Part shown: positions 46,601-61,616 of the stretch, piece after piece
Position numbering within the stretch: position 1 is the first letter of the stretch
Layout of the letters: each line of letters opens with the position of its first letter
NCBI RefSeq assembly: GCF_009914755.1
Contig: NC_060939.1
Origin: the human T2T-CHM13v2.0 reference genome, Homo sapiens
Strand: one strand, 5' to 3'
Length of the DNA: 64,000 bases
Notes under the pieces: model-generated
Told to the model about the DNA's origin: nothing
Databases searched by the model: none
The model's input: only the letters and a program-made list of their open reading frames with translations
Made by a program: the position numbers and the translations under genes

Positions 46601-48005
46601 CACACTTTATAAAACACAGGAGTTTGTTAAACTATATTGTCAAGGCTTAAGAGAAAGCAAGTTATCTTTCAACGAATGCAACTACATACTGAAGTGTGGT
46701 CTATGTTAAGACTTTTGCCACAGTCAGAAACGTTAATGAGACCTAATATTGCTGCTTTTTCCTCTCTAAACAGACTGCTTTAACAGGTAAGAATGAACTG
46801 AACAAGAGCAGAGGCCAACCATAAAGAATGCTTTTAGTCCATTTCCCACATCTCATAAAACCCCAAGAGGAGTGGGAAAGGGCACAGAAACAGGAACTTA
46901 GCTGTGTGTATGACCTTAGAATGTCTGATATTACTATTTTCTTTCATTTACTGGAAAAGACAGAAGACTTACTGCTTCATGCCTTGCTATATGTAAATAC
47001 AAACATGACAACACTGGGATGTAAGCTTAAAGAGGGCAGGCTGTGACTGCATTATTATAGGGTATTGGGAAAGGTCTAATCAGGGTTTCTCTGTATTTGC
47101 CATTCTAATTTCTACACATACCCCCACACCTGATCCACTTCTATTCTCTTTTCCTCTTCATTTTATCTCCTTCCTTAACCTCCCTCTTCTCTCTGTCTCA
47201 TTCTTCTTCCAGTTCCTACTATTGTCTTCCTTTTAGTCCCACTATTCCATTTTCTCTCATCTCTCTGCTTTCTGAGTATATGTACACATGTGTATTGTAT
47301 GAATCTTACCCTTGTTAGGTTTCTTAATTTCAAGATTCTGTTCTCAGTCTTTCAAAACAGCAGTTACCAAGTCTTGTATTTCCAGGCTTGTTAGACACAA
47401 AAGAACAGAACTATTCCCTTGCATTGCTGATCCTGGCCTTTGTGCCTTTCAGTTGTAGTAGTCTTTTCCCTGCAGCTATACTGTGAACATTCTACACAAG
47501 ATACCTGGGATACTATGGGTTTCCCACCTGGCTACTGGGATTGCCCATTTTCCTAAATCTTCATATTAAATAACATCAGCGTTTTGTTCAAATTGGCACA
47601 AAGTATACACTGAATAGCTGTCATCCCCTTCGAGGAATTTTCATAGTATGAGTTAGGTGTTTTAGAAATTCCTCTGCAAGGATTTTAAATGTGTTTCAGT
47701 GATATAGCTAAACAGTCTACTATGAAAGCTTCACTTTCCTTTCATAAGAACAATCATTTTCCCATAAGGAAGACATTTTAAGTTGAACGCCGTATTTCAG
47801 CTCCAAGAAATAAGCCCTAGTTTTAAGTTATTCTGTGTTTCAGCTATTGAGGTCAATGTATGTAGCTGATGGAATCACAAAATTCTTATCAACTCATTCC
47901 AGGTTTCCAAAACTTTTATTTTTGTATTTTGTTAAAATATTTGTGTGTTTTTGTGTGCATATAGCCTCAACTATTAGAATAACTGCAAGTATAGTTCAAA
48001 GAACT

Positions 48006-48293
48006 TTTTTTTTTTTTAGAGATAGAGTTGCCCGGGGTAGAATGCACTGGTGCAATTATAGCCTACTGCAACCTCAATCTCTTGGGCCCAAGTGATCCTT
48101 CTACTTCAGCCCAGTGAGTGGCTGGGATTACGGGTGTGTGCCACCACACCCAGCTAAATTTTTAAAAAATGTTTGTAGTGATGGGGTCTTGCTATGTTGC
48201 CCAGGCTGGTTTCAAACTGCTGGCCTCCAGCGATCCTCCTGCCTCAGCCTCCTGAGTTGCTGGGATTACAGGTGAGAGCTACTGAACCCAGCT
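48006..48293 (-). mobile_element. AluJ-like
   Basis: Antisense dimeric Alu. Confidence 0.88.
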
Positions 48294-48299
48294 AAGAGG

Positions 48300-48930
48300 A
48301 CCTTTTTCCCTGAACCTTGTGAGGATACTCACATGATGCCCCATCACCACTAAATACTTTTGTGTATTTCCAATGAAGGGACATTCTCCTACATTACAAG
48401 ATATTCATCAGTCAGGAAATGAACACTGATTCTTTGTCACCATCTAAACCTCAGAGCCCATTCAAAATTTGCCAGTTGTCCCATTAATGTTGTCTATAGC
48501 AAAAGGATCTGGTTCAGAATTGTGTTCTAATTAGTTGTCATGTCTCTTATTACTACCAGTCTAGAAAACTCCTCAGTGACTCCTTGAACTTTCATGATTT
48601 TCAAACTTTTGAAGATTACAGGTTATTTTGAGGTATGTCCTAAAATTTAGGTATGTAGGATGTTTCCTCATAATTAGATTCAGATTATATTATCTTTGGC
48701 AGAAATATTACAGAAGCAACGCTGTGTTATTTTCATTGCAGCCTATCAGGTAGCAGACAGTTCTGATTTGTGCATAACTGATACTGTTTACTTTGATCAT
48801 TTGGTAAGGTGGTGTGTGCCAGGTTTTTTCACTAGAAAGTTACTCTTTTACTTTGCAATTAATAACAATTTTGTAGGAATATACTATACTTTGAAATTAG
48901 GCAAATATCCTGTTTCTCAACAAACATTCA
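48300..48930 (-). mobile_element. L1MC4-like 3' fragment
   Basis: aagggacattctcctacattac...tttgatcatttggtaaggtggtg. Confidence 0.6.
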
Positions 48931-50634
48931 TTCTTCTTGGGAGATGCGTATGGCATAAGTATTTAATAAACAAAATAAATACTTCTCTCTCACTGGTAAA
49001 AAGTGGCAGAAAGATACTTGGAGAATGATCCGAGATACAGGTCTTCCTGCTTAAACTGACAGATCAGTTATCATCTGTGTCTATTTAAAATACAGGGCAT
49101 TATTTTCCAATATGTAGTAGTACAGTAAGTACATTCTTTCCTCATATTTGAAACCTGAGAGACAAGCAAGCATCTGTAGGGAAAGAGCTAAGGCTATGTC
49201 CTATTATCACTGACTTAGTATCCTTCACTAGCGGATCCCTACTTATGTCACCGGCTAGAGCTCTCACCACTTAGCACCCATCCCCCTTCCTTTCACTTGG
49301 GTTATAAATTTTGCTAAGGATGTTTTTTTTTCTTATTGTTTTCTTAGATGATCACATTACTACTTATCCTTCAGGTCTCAGTTTAGATATTACTTTCTCT
49401 AGGAACTTTCCTCTGACCCCTGAAAATCAGCACTGTCCTGACTCATCATAATCCTTAAGAGATATTGTATTTGACCGCTTGTTTGAGCTATCCACTGATC
49501 ATAAATTCCAAGAAGACTACAACTGTGGCTTTAATTTTTTAAGTAAAATTTAAATAATTTAACGGGAATAATATCAATACATTTAATTTATTTTTGGCTC
49601 TTCTACTATCTCATTCCCCATCTCCCTAACCTAGTAACCATTATCATGATTTTGTGTTTATCATTCCCTTGCTTAAACAAAGATTTTATTACATAAATGT
49701 GTCCCTAGAGAATATAACGTTTAGTTTTGCTTGCTTTCACACTTTGTAAAAATATCTCATTTTTATAATTCATTGAATTTACTAATATTTTTAGAATTTT
49801 GACATCTTGGTTCATGAGAGAGACTGGCTTGTAATTTTTTTTCTTGCACCATCCTTGTCTGGTTTTGTTACCAAGGTTATAGTGGTCTTAAAAAAATGAA
49901 CTGTGAAGAAATCACACATTTTATCTTCCTGGCATAATTTAACATTGAAATGATCTTGTTCCTGGAACGTTTGCTGGAAGTTGGCCATAGCATTATTTAG
50001 GCCTGGTGCTTTTTTTTTTAATAGGTAGATTTTAAATAATTTATTTAATGGTTAAAAAATTATTCAGGCTTTCTATTTCTTCTTGAGTTAGTCTGGTGAG
50101 TTATATTTTTCTAGGAATTTAAATTCGTTAAAGCTTTCAAATGCACTGGTATAAAGCTGTTCAAAGTATTTTCTTAACTTTTTAATTATTCCTCAACCTG
50201 TAGTTAAATTTCCCATTTTATTCATTATTTGTGCCTCTTCTTTCTTCTTGATCAATTCTAATTTATGAAGCCTAAGTACTTAAGAATTTACCATTTTTAA
50301 TGGTTTTGCTTTAACTGCATCCCAAACATTTTGATATGCAGTATTTTCATTGTTGTTATTTCCGTTCCTCCAGCTTTACTGGCGTATAGTTGACAAATAA
50401 AAATTGTATATACTTCAGGTGTACAACTCGATGTTTTGATTTCACTATTTTTCCATTTTAGGTTTTAAAAACTTGTAGTTTATTGCTCTTGAGTTTATTA
50501 TGGGAATCTCTAAATTTCTAAATGTATATATGGATCTTTATCTTCATTGGTTTCTACCTTAACTGCATTATATTCAGAACGCACTAATTGTATAATACTT
50601 CTATTTAAAGGTATAAACTTTCCTGTAAGCATTG

Positions 50635-50777
50635 TTTTTTTTAAAGAGCTGGGTCTCGCTATGTTGCCCAGGCTGGAAAGCAGTGGCTATTCACAGGTGT
50701 TATCATAATGCACCACAGCTTTGAACTCTTGTGCTCAAGCAATTCTATCTCAGCCTTCTGAGAAGCTGGAATTATAG
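50635..50777 (-). mobile_element. Alu monomer (FAM-like)
   Basis: gggtctcgctatgttgcccaggctggaaagcagtggctattcacagg (7SL-like segment). Confidence 0.75.
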
Positions 50778-50799
50778 ATGTACACCACCACACCTAGTA

Positions 50800-51503
50800 T
50801 TTTTTAACTTTTTTAATTTTTATTTTTTATTTTTATTTTACTTTAAGTTCTGGGATACATGTGCTGAACGTGCAGGTTACATAGGTATACACGTGCCGTG
50901 GTGGTTTGCTGCACCTATCAACCTGTCATCAAGGTTTTAAGCCCACATGCATTAGGTTTTTGTCCTAATGCTCTCTCTCCCTTTGCCCCCCAACTCCTGA
51001 CAGGCCCTGGTGTGTGATGTTCCCCTCCCTGTGTCCATGTAATCTCATTGTTCAACTCCCACTTATGAGTGAGAACATGCCGTGTTTGGTTTTCTCTTAC
51101 TTTGCTGAAGATGATGGTTTCCAGCTTCATCCATGTCCCTGCAAAGGACATGAACTCAGAATTCTGTTTTATGGCTGCGTAGTATTCCATGGTGTATATG
51201 TGCCACATTTTCTTTATCCAGTCTATCATTGATGAGCATTTGGGTTGGTTCCAAGTCTTTGCTATTGTAAATAGTGCTTCAATAAACATATGTGTGCATG
51301 TGTCTTTATAGTAGAATGATTTATGATCCTTGGGTTATATACCCAGTGATGGAATTGCTGGGTCAAATGATATTTCTGGTTCTAGATCCTTGGGGAATTG
51401 CCACACTTTCTTCCACAATGGTTGAACTAATTTACACTCCCACCTGCAGTGTAAAAGCGTTCCTATTTCTCCACATCCTTGCCAACATCTGTTGTTTCCT
51501 GAT
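50800..51503 (-). mobile_element. 5'-truncated L1PA (L1PA7/8-like) 3' end
   Basis: ORFs 50918..51289 and 51335..51616 encode the ORF2 C-terminus ([33 protein letters not shown]). Confidence 0.88.
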
Positions 51504-52208
51504 GCTATATTTTCATTGAAAATACTTTTCAGTTCAAAATATTTTCTCATTTCTTTGTGAATTTGTAGATACATAATATTGAGTTCTAACTTCATCCCAC
51601 TGTCTTCAGAGGACATATTTTCAATGATTTCAAGCTCTTTAAATGTATTAAAACTGTCTTATGGTCCAGCATATAGTGTTTCTTGAACATCCTCAGTATG
51701 CTCAGAAAGAATGTGTGTATTCTACAGTTGCTAGGTGCAGTGATCTACAAATATCAATTAGGTCAAAGTGGTTGATAATGGTATTGTTCATATCATGTAT
51801 ATTTTTACTGATTTCTTTGGTCTAGTTATTGTATCAGTTGCTGAAAGAGGTCTGTTAAAATATCCATCTCTGAGAATGGAAATTCTCATATGGAAATTGT
51901 TTCTTTCTCCCTTATATTCTGTCAATTTTTGCTTCGTGTATTTTGTAGTATACACATTTATGACTGTTATATCTTCCTGTTGATTTGATATCCTATTAAT
52001 AGGCAATGCCTCTTTGCATACTAATACAGTGATATTAAATTCTACTCTGATATTAATATAGCTACTTCTTATGCTTACTATGTATGTCTTTTTATCCACT
52101 TTCAACCTGTATTTATATGGGTTTGGTCTTTATATTTTAAATGCATCTCATGTAGATAGAGCACATGGTTAGGTCTTTTTATCCATTCCAGCAGTTTCTG
52201 CCTTGTAA

Positions 52209-52523
<315 letters not shown>

Positions 52524-53329
52524 GCTTTATACATTTAATTATTGACACATTGGGTTTAGGTCTACTGTTTTATTATTTCTTTTCTGTTTGTCCCCTCTGT
52601 GTTTTATTCTCTAATTCCTTTTTTCCTTTCTTCTTTTGGAATATCCTTTTGGAATATCTGAATATATTTTAGAATCCTATTTTAATTTACCATTGGCTTC
52701 TAAGTTATTTTGCTAGTGGTTGCTTGAAGGAGTTACAACACACAACCTTAACTTCTCACAGTCTCCTTAAGCTGGTATTGTAGCACTGTGTGTAAAGTGT
52801 AGAAAGCTTGTAAGCTCATGGGTTCATTTTCTGTCCTTCCCATTCTCTATATTATAATAATATGCAGTACACTTTACATATGTCATAAACTCACAGAACA
52901 AAATGAAAAATTTAACTTTTAAAGTAAAATTTGACTTTTAAAGTAAAATTTTAAAGTAAAATTTAACCATCACATGTATTTTTTAAAATTTTAAAATAAA
53001 TACAGAGTCTGTTTCCACTGCTCTTTATCATTTCCTGAAGATAGAAATTTTCACTGGGTATCATTTCCCTTCAGCCTGAAGAACTTCCTTTAGCATTTCT
53101 AGTAGTGCAGGTCTGTTGTCAACAAATTCTCGGAGGTGTATATATATTTAATATGAAAATGTATTTATTTCACATTTATTCTTGAAGGATATTTTGATGG
53201 ATATAGAATTCCAGATTGATGTTTGTTTCTTCTTTAAGCACTCTAAAGATGGTCACTGTCTTCTGGCCTCTGCTAAGAAGACATTATATGAATTATTTAC
53301 CTATATGAAATTTGTCTACTTTCAAGATA

Positions 53330-53612
53330 CTCTCTCTTTATATATTCTCTCACTATATATTCTCCTTATAGATATATATACACACACACACATATACCCA
53401 CACATACAGACTCCACATACTCCATTGTGTGTGTGTGTGCGTGTATATAAAGGGAAAGAGAGAGAGAAAAATTATATATGTAGAGAGAGAAAATCATATA
53501 TAGAGAGAGAATATTTTGAAAGTGTATATATACACACACATATATATATATATCCACAAATACAAACATACACACACACACACATATATATATACACATA
53601 TATACACACACC
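53330..53612. repeat. Compound (TA)/(CA)/(TG)/(GA) low-complexity tract
   Basis: Direct reading; source of spurious ORFs 53182..53619 and 53366..53611. Confidence 0.85.
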
Positions 53613-54054
53613 CTTTTAGCAGTTTGACTATGATTTGCCTAGCTTGATTTTCTTTGTATTTAGACCTTTTGGAGTTTCTGAGCTTCTCTTTTGTTTCTAG
53701 CTTTAAAAACCCAATATATAATATTTGTACATTTCATGGAGTACATGTGGTATTTTGGTCATGTGTAATGATCAAGTCAGGATATTTAGGGCATCTATTA
53801 CCTCAAGCATTTATCATTTCTAGGTGCTGGGAACATTTCACGACCTGTCTTCCAGCTATTTTGAAATATACAATACACTGTTGTAAACTACGGTCACCCT
53901 GCTCTGCTACTGAACACTGGAACTTATTCCTTCTATTTAACTGTATGTTTGTACCCATCAACCAATCTCTCTTTTATCTGCCCCTGTCACCACACACCCT
54001 TCCAGGCCTCTAATAATAACTAACTTTCTACTCTCTATCTCCATACGATCAACT

Positions 54055-54352
54055 TATTTATTTATTTATTCATTGAGACAAGGTTTCATTCTGTTGTCCA
54101 AGCTGGGATGCAGTGGCATAATCAAGGCTCACTGCAGCCTTGACCTCCTGGGCTCAAGCAATCCTCTCATCTCAGCCTCCCAGGTAGCTGGGACTACAGG
54201 CATGTGCCACCATGCCTGGCAAATTCTTTTTTATTTTTTGTAGAGATGGACTATGTTGCCAAGGCTGGTCTCAAAACTCCTGGGCTCAAGTGACCCTCCT
54301 GCCTTGGCCTTCCAAATTGCTGGGATTGCAGGAATGAGCCACTGTGCCTGGC
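54055..54352 (-). mobile_element. AluJ-like with (TTTA)n tail
   Basis: Antisense dimeric Alu. Confidence 0.9.
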
Positions 54353-57300
54353 TGAATTAAACTTTTTTTAGCTCCCACATGGGTCAGAACATGTGGTATT
54401 TGTCTTTTTGTGCCTCGCTTATTTCACTTGACGTAACGACTTCCAGTTCCATCTACGTTTTTGCAAATGACAGGATGTCATTCTTTTCTATGGCTAAGTA
54501 GTATTCCATTATGTGTGTGTGCATATATACATATTCTGTATATATTCTAACTGGAGTAAGATGACATCTCATTGTGATTTTGATTTGCATTCTCTTGATG
54601 ATTAGTGACGTTCAGCTGTTTTTCATATACCTGTTGGCTATCTGTACATCTTATGTGAAATATCTATTCATGTCTTTTGCTCACTTTTTAATGGAATTAT
54701 TAGGGTTTTTTTTTTTTTTTGCTGTTGTATACTCTGGATATTAATTGCTTGTTGGATGAATAGTTTGTAAATATTTTCTCCCTTTCAATAGTTTGTCTCT
54801 TCACTCTGTTGATTGTTTCCTTTGCTGTGTAAAAGGTTTTTAGTTTAATATAGTCCATTTGTCTATTTTTGTTGCCTGTACTTTTGAGGTCTTAGCTATA
54901 AAATCTTTGCCTAGACTAATGTCCAGCAGAGTTTCCCTTATGTTTTCTTCTAGCAGTTTTATAATTTTAGTCTTTTGTTTAGGTCTGTAATTCATTTTGA
55001 GTTGATTTTTGTAATGGTGAGAGATAGGGGTCTAGTTTCATTATTCTGCATGTGGTTATCCAGTTTTCCCAGCACCACTTACTAAAGAGGGTGTCCATTC
55101 CCCGGTGTATGTTCTTGGCATCTTGTCAAAAATCAGTTGGCTGCAAATAAGTGGATTTATTTCTGGGTTCTCTTTTCTCTTCCATCGATCTGTATGGCTG
55201 TTTTTATACCAACATCATGCTGTTTTGGTTACTGTGGCCTTGTAATATATGATTTTTTTTCTGTTTCTATGAAAAATGAAATTGGTGTTTTGATAGGGAT
55301 TGCACTGAATCTGTAGGTTTCTTTAGGTAGTATAGTCATTTTATTACATTAATTATTCTGATCCATGAGCATGGATATCTTTCCTCGGTCCTCATCAGTT
55401 TCTTTCTCAGAGTTTTGTAGTTTTCCTTGTAGATGTCTTTCACCTTTTTGGCTAAATTCATTCCTAAGAATTTTATTTTTATAGCTATTATAGAAGGGAT
55501 TGCCTTCTTAATTTTTCAGCTGTTTCATCATTGGTGTATAGAAATGTTACCGATTTTTATAAGTTGATTTTGTATTCTGCAACTTTACTGAATTCATTCA
55601 TCAGATCTAAGAGTTTTTTGGTGGAGTCTGGGTTTTTCTAAATATAAGATCATGCCAACTGCAAATGGGGACAATTTAACTTCCTTTTCTGAGCTTCTTG
55701 AATCTGCGTATTTATGTCTTTCACTAAAATTGGAAAATATTTTAGCCACTATTTTTTACAAAAAAATGTTCATGTCTCATTCTCTCTTCTCCTTTTGGAT
55801 ATCCAGTGATATGTACGTTACACTGTTTCATACTGTCTCATAAGTCTCTAAGCTCTGTTCCCTTTTAAATTCTCTTTCCATTCTTCAGACTACATTAATT
55901 CCTATTGATGTAACTTCAAGTTTAATGACCCTTTCCTCTGTCATCTCCAACCTGCTGTTAAACCCATCTAGTGAATTTTTAACAATTTAAAACTTTTGGT
56001 AAGCACTTTTAGGCTTCTCTTAGCTTTCCTTAATGTTAATATCCTACACAACTACAGCACAATTACCAAAACCAGAAAATTAACACTGGCTCAAAACAAT
56101 GAACTTATCTACAGACCTTATAAGAGTTTTGCCAGTTTCCCCACTAACATTCTTTTTTGCAGTCCAGGATCCAATCCAAGATTCCATAATGAATTGTCAT
56201 ACCTCTTTAGTCTCCTCTAATATGTTTTTCAGTCTTTATATTTGAAATAGCTTTGGTTAGTTATTTTGTAAAATGCCCCTTAATTTTTGGTCTGATGTTT
56301 TCTCATAATTTGATGGTGGTTATGCACTTTTGGCAAGAATATCATAGAAGTGATGCTGTGAGCTTGTAAACATGTATTATTATCAGAGGGTACTGACGTT
56401 GACATAGCAACATCAGTAGTAGTGATGTTAGTTTTGATAACTTGGTTAAAGTGGTGTCTACCAAGGTTTTCACTGTGAAGTTACTATTACCCAACTTTTT
56501 TTTTTTTTTTACAAAAAAGATTATTTTGTGGGAAATTATTTTGAGATTATGCAAATATCCTCTTTCTCATCCTACATTTGTCCACTAATTTTTGCATCCA
56601 CTGATGATTCTCTCCTGCAATATTTATTACTTTGGTTTTTGCCTAATGGTGATTTTTCTGTTTTTCATCATTCTTTCTCATTTATTAATTCATATAGTAA
56701 GTTTTTTATTTCAGGTATTGTATTTTCTAGTTTTTAAATTTCTGTTTGATTCTTTATTATGTTTTTACTTCTGTGATATTTCATATCCTTCATTATCAGC
56801 ACATTTTTCTTTCTGTCATTGAGCTGAGTCATAAAGTTGTTTTAATATCCTTGTTTGCTAATTCTAACATCTGTGTCATCTCAGGATTGGCCTCTGTTAA
56901 TTGCCTTAACTCTTGAAAATAATGCACATCTTCTTTCTCTTTATGTCAAGAAATCCCAAACACTGTGAATGCTATGTCATGAAGAATCTGGATTCTGCTA
57001 TATTTCTCTTACAGGTGTTGATATTTTCTTTTTAAAGTAGCCATTTGACTTTGTTGGACTCAAACTGCAAAACTCTACTAGTGAATAGCAGCTCAAATCC
57101 CAGTTTTCTTGTCTTTAGCTGAGTTATACGGAGTTGTCTCATACATGTACAGTATATTCAGAATCATGCAGGTATTTGTAAATACTTAGGGGATATCCCT
57201 TTGTAGCTTTTCTCCTCCTGAATATCCTCCTAACATTCTAGCACTTGTCTTTGCCCTGAATTCTGTCCTCTGGTTCTTCAGGATAAAAAGATTGTGGATT

Positions 57301-59543
57301 TTCTATTGAGTTCTAGCCAGCCCATGTGGCACCAACTGTAGCCTGCCCTCATGCTGAAAGCCATACAACCAGGAAACTTACCCAACGCTGTTCCTTTCTT
57401 CCAAGTGACTATTCCCATCAGGATCTGCTTTTCATTGGTCCTTAGTACTTTTCAGGTATTTGTTTTCACATACTTTACTCAGCATTTACATTTGTTGTCT
57501 GCAGGAGGGTCAGTCCGATAGGAGCTTATTCATCCATAACTGAAGCAGAACTGGGTCATCTTCTATGATGTGGATTCTTTCAAATTTGATAATACTTGCT
57601 TATGGCTTAGTGAATAATTCTTATACATCTTCCATATGTGCTTATAGAGAATATATATTCTCTAATGTTGTACATAGGATTCTATGTGCATTAAACTGTT
57701 AATTGTTTTACTGAAACCTTTTACACCTTTAATAATTTTGTTTGCTTTATCTATCAGTATTTGTAAGCAGTGTGACATATTTTTTACACTGATGAAGGTA
57801 CAAGTGTCAGCTTCTCCCTCAAGTAGTCATTTAATTATTTTAGGTGATAGTGATAATGGTGGTGAGGATACTATTTCATATGAATGTAGTAGAAAGGCAA
57901 TCTGAGTTAAAATCTGGCCCATGTTCTTTTACCAGCTGAATTCTGAATGTAGCTTTCAGAGTAAAGCTCTATACACACAACATCCCTTAACTGTTCTCAC
58001 CAACTTTAAAAATGGGCAGTCCGTTAAGTAAAATAATAGAAAGTTAACTTAGGATTTAGGAGACCTGAATTTGCATCCCAGTTATAGTGTTAACAGGCTG
58101 TAGAACTTGGGCAAGTATCCAACCCCACATATCTCCCATCCCTCTCCTCTTTTGAAGTCCATTATCCTCATCTATAAAACGAGTGGACTGAAATAGACTA
58201 CATACTATGAAGACCTCCTCTCCAGTTTTGAAATTCTGTGTCAATAAGACATATGGCACAGGAGACATAAACAGAGTTCACACTTTTGCTGAAGGAAAAG
58301 GCAACGTGTCCTAGATATGCTGAGCAAGTACCATACTATATAGTGAGGAAAGAAGGAAACAAGATGCAACTGGAAGAGTACTGTTACCTGTAGTGTTGAG
58401 GGATTTTTGCTCCCATGTAATTAACTATGGAGTCTATGTTCTGGCAACTCAATATAAAGAAACAATGTGGTGAATGGAGAGTTCCAGGCCTTGCTGCTGT
58501 AATGAAAATCAACAGGCACCTGGATGGCTCTGCACATGACTAAGTGAAAAACAATCCCCTTGCTGTAAGGTTGCACTTAGATTTCCTTTGTTTGTATCCA
58601 GGGCTTTCTTGTCACCTTCTGAAGAGCTCACCAGCAGCCTCTCTGATTCAACAGTATCATATCAATTATTTAAGGTTAGTACATCACTTTTCAATTAACA
58701 ATCTCCTTGGCTCCCAAAAATACATACACACAATTTATCAGCATATTCATTAAATATTTCATAAGGAACAGGTCACTATGAATTAAAAATAAGACTGCTA
58801 ATAAAATATTTAATGCCTTTTAAAATGCAATGAAACATCAAGAAATTATAAATCTTTTAATTAAGTGCTTTTTCAGTATATCTTACCAAAGTAATACTAT
58901 TAAACTTATAAAATTAAAGTCACAAAATTGTTGCTTTGTTTCATTTGTCAACTTAAGAAAATGAGGACACATCAATTTAGCTTATAGGAAGGGAAGTCCT
59001 GGTCAGGGACTCAGAAGACCAGGGTCCAGGTCATGGTTCTGCCACTAGGTAGCTCTGTGATCCTTTTCCACATCTCAATTTGCTCATCAGTATATTGGAC
59101 TGTTTAGATCTTGCCCAACATTAAAAGCTTATCCATCTATTTTCACAGCACTCAGTAGTACTTTCACTGGTCTTTTTTTTTTTTTTTTTTTGTAAAAAGA
59201 CATATAAATTTTCTTTATCAATTTTTAGGTGCATATTACAATATTGTTAACTATATGCACATTGTTGTAAAATGGGTCTCTAGAACTTTTTCATCTCACT
59301 TGACTGAAACGCTAAACCTATTAAACAACTCTGCTTCCCCCTCCCCTTGGTCCCTGGCAACCACCATTCTACTTTGTTTCTATGAGGCTGATTCTTTTAG
59401 ATATGTCATTTAAGTAGAATCATGCAGTATTTCTGTTTTTGTAATTGGCTTATTTCACTTATAGCATCATCAAGGTTTATACATTATAGCATATGACAGA
59501 ATTCCCTTCTTTTTTAAGGTTGATTAATATTCCATTGTTTGTA

Positions 59544-59783
59544 CAGTTGTCCCTCAGTATACACAGGCGATTGGTTCAGTGCTCCCTGTGTATACCCAAA
59601 TCTGCATATTCTCAAGTCCTGCAGTCAGCTCTGTGGAAGCTGCATATATGAAAAGTCAGTCCTACATATGTGTGGGTTTTGTATCCCATGGAGACTGCAT
59701 TTTTGATCCATGTTTGGTTGAAAAAAAAACTATGCATAAATAGACCTATGCAGTTCAAACTTGTAGTGTTTAAGAGTCAATTG
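59544..59783. mobile_element. MER8 (Tigger MITE)
   Basis: cagttgtccct...gtcaattg termini with TA flanks; 240 bp. Confidence 0.85.
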
Positions 59784-60296
59784 TATATGCCACGTTTTCT
59801 TTATCCACTCATTTGTTGATGAATATTTAGGTATTTCCACCTCTTGGCTCTTGTGAATAATGCCGAGGTGAACATGGCAGTGCAGATATCTATTCAAGAT
59901 CCCAATTTTAATTATTTTGAATACGTACCCAGAAGCAGGATTGATGAATCATATGGTAGTTCTCTTTTTAATTTTTTTTAGGAACTTCCATACTTTTTTC
60001 CTTAGTGCCTGCACCAAAAGTGCACAACATTTCCAATTTCACCACACTCCTACCAATACTTATTTTCTGATTTGTTTTATAACAGCCATCCTAACAGGCA
60101 TGAGGTGATATCTCATTGTGGTTTTGATTTGCATTTTCACAGTGATTAGTGATTTTGGTCATCTTTTCATACACGTGTTGTTCAACTGTGTATTTTCTTT
60201 GAAGAAATGTCTATTTAAGCCCTTTTCTCATTTTTAATTGATTATCATATATTTTTGCTATTGAGTTGTAGTTCTTTATATATTTGGATATTAACG

Positions 60297-60638
60297 TCTG
60301 ACTTATTCCATTTGAGCTGCTATAACAAAATACTGTTATAAACAACAAACAGAAATTTATTTCTCACAGTTCAGGAAGTTAGGAAGTCCTGAGATCAAGA
60401 TGCTGGCAGAAGTGGTGCTTTCTGGTTCATAGAAGGCGCTTTCCAGCTGTGACCTCACCTGACAGAAGGGGCAAGGCAGCTCTCTGGGGCATCTTTTATA
60501 AGGGTTCTGAAAGTATTCATGAGGGCTTTGTCCTCATGATGGAATCACCTTTCAAAGGCTCCTCCTCCTAATGCCATCACAGTGGTGATTAGGTTTCAAC
60601 ATACTAATTCTGGGGATACAAACATTCAGCCCACAGCA
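60297..60638 (-). mobile_element. MLT1A-like solo LTR
   Basis: gctgctataacaaaatac...aaatttatttctcacagttc...aacattcagcccacagca. Confidence 0.8.
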
Positions 60639-61583
60639 CCCCTTTATCAGACATACGGTTTACAAATATTTTCTTTCATTCTGTACATTGCCTTTCTGCA
60701 CTGTTGATTGTGACTCTGATGCGGAAGCTTTTTAGTTTAATGTAATCTCATTTATCTATTTTTGGCTTTTGTTGCCCCTGCTTTGGTGTCATATCTGATA
60801 AATCACAGTCAAGATCAATGTTATGAAGGTTTTCCCCTATGTTTTAATTTGGAGTTTTTTTAGTTCAAGTCTTACATTTAAGTGTTTAATCAATTTTGAG
60901 TTTATTTTTGTGTATGGTATAAGATAAGGGTCCCATATCATTCTTTTGCATGTGGATATCCAGTTTTTCCAACACAGTTTATTGAAGACTACCTTTTTTC
61001 TGCTGTGTATTCCTGGCAATCTTGTCAAAGATCAGTTAATTGGCCCTTTGAATATATCCCTCCACTCCCTTCTGGCCTACAGGGTTTCTGCTGAGAAATA
61101 TGTTGATAGTCTGATGTGTGTTCCCTAGTACACGACAAGTCACTTTTTTCTTGTTTTCAAAATTCTCTTACTGTCTTTGAGAGTTTGACAATTTTATTAT
61201 AATGTGTCTTGGTGTGTGTTTATGTTGATCTTATTTGGGGTCCTTTAGTCTTCTTGAATCTGGATGTCCATTTTCTTTCCCAGATTTGGGAAGTTTTGGG
61301 TCACTATTTAAGTAAACTTTCTGCCCATTCCTTTCTCTCTTCTTCTTGTGAACTTTCCATAATGTGTATAATGGGTTGGCTTGATGGTATGCCACAAATC
61401 CCTTAGGCTTTCATCACTCTTTCTCATTCTTTTTCTTTTTGTTCCTCTGGGTGGATAATGTCAAATAACTTGTCTTGAGTTTGCTGTTTCTCTCTTCTGC
61501 TTGACTGAGTCTGCTGTTGAACCCCTATTGTGAATTTTTCAGTGTAGCTATTGTATTCTTCAGTTCCAAAATTGGTTGGTTCT

Positions 61584-61616
<33 letters not shown>

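Noticed and set aside
53182-53619. 145-aa and 81-aa ORFs
   Set aside because: Products of the compound dinucleotide tract.
58388-58660. Possible minus-strand exon ending at CAG|gtaaca
   Set aside because: The frame I translated hits a stop, there is no clear polypyrimidine acceptor, and it does not match remembered SCAPER peptide.
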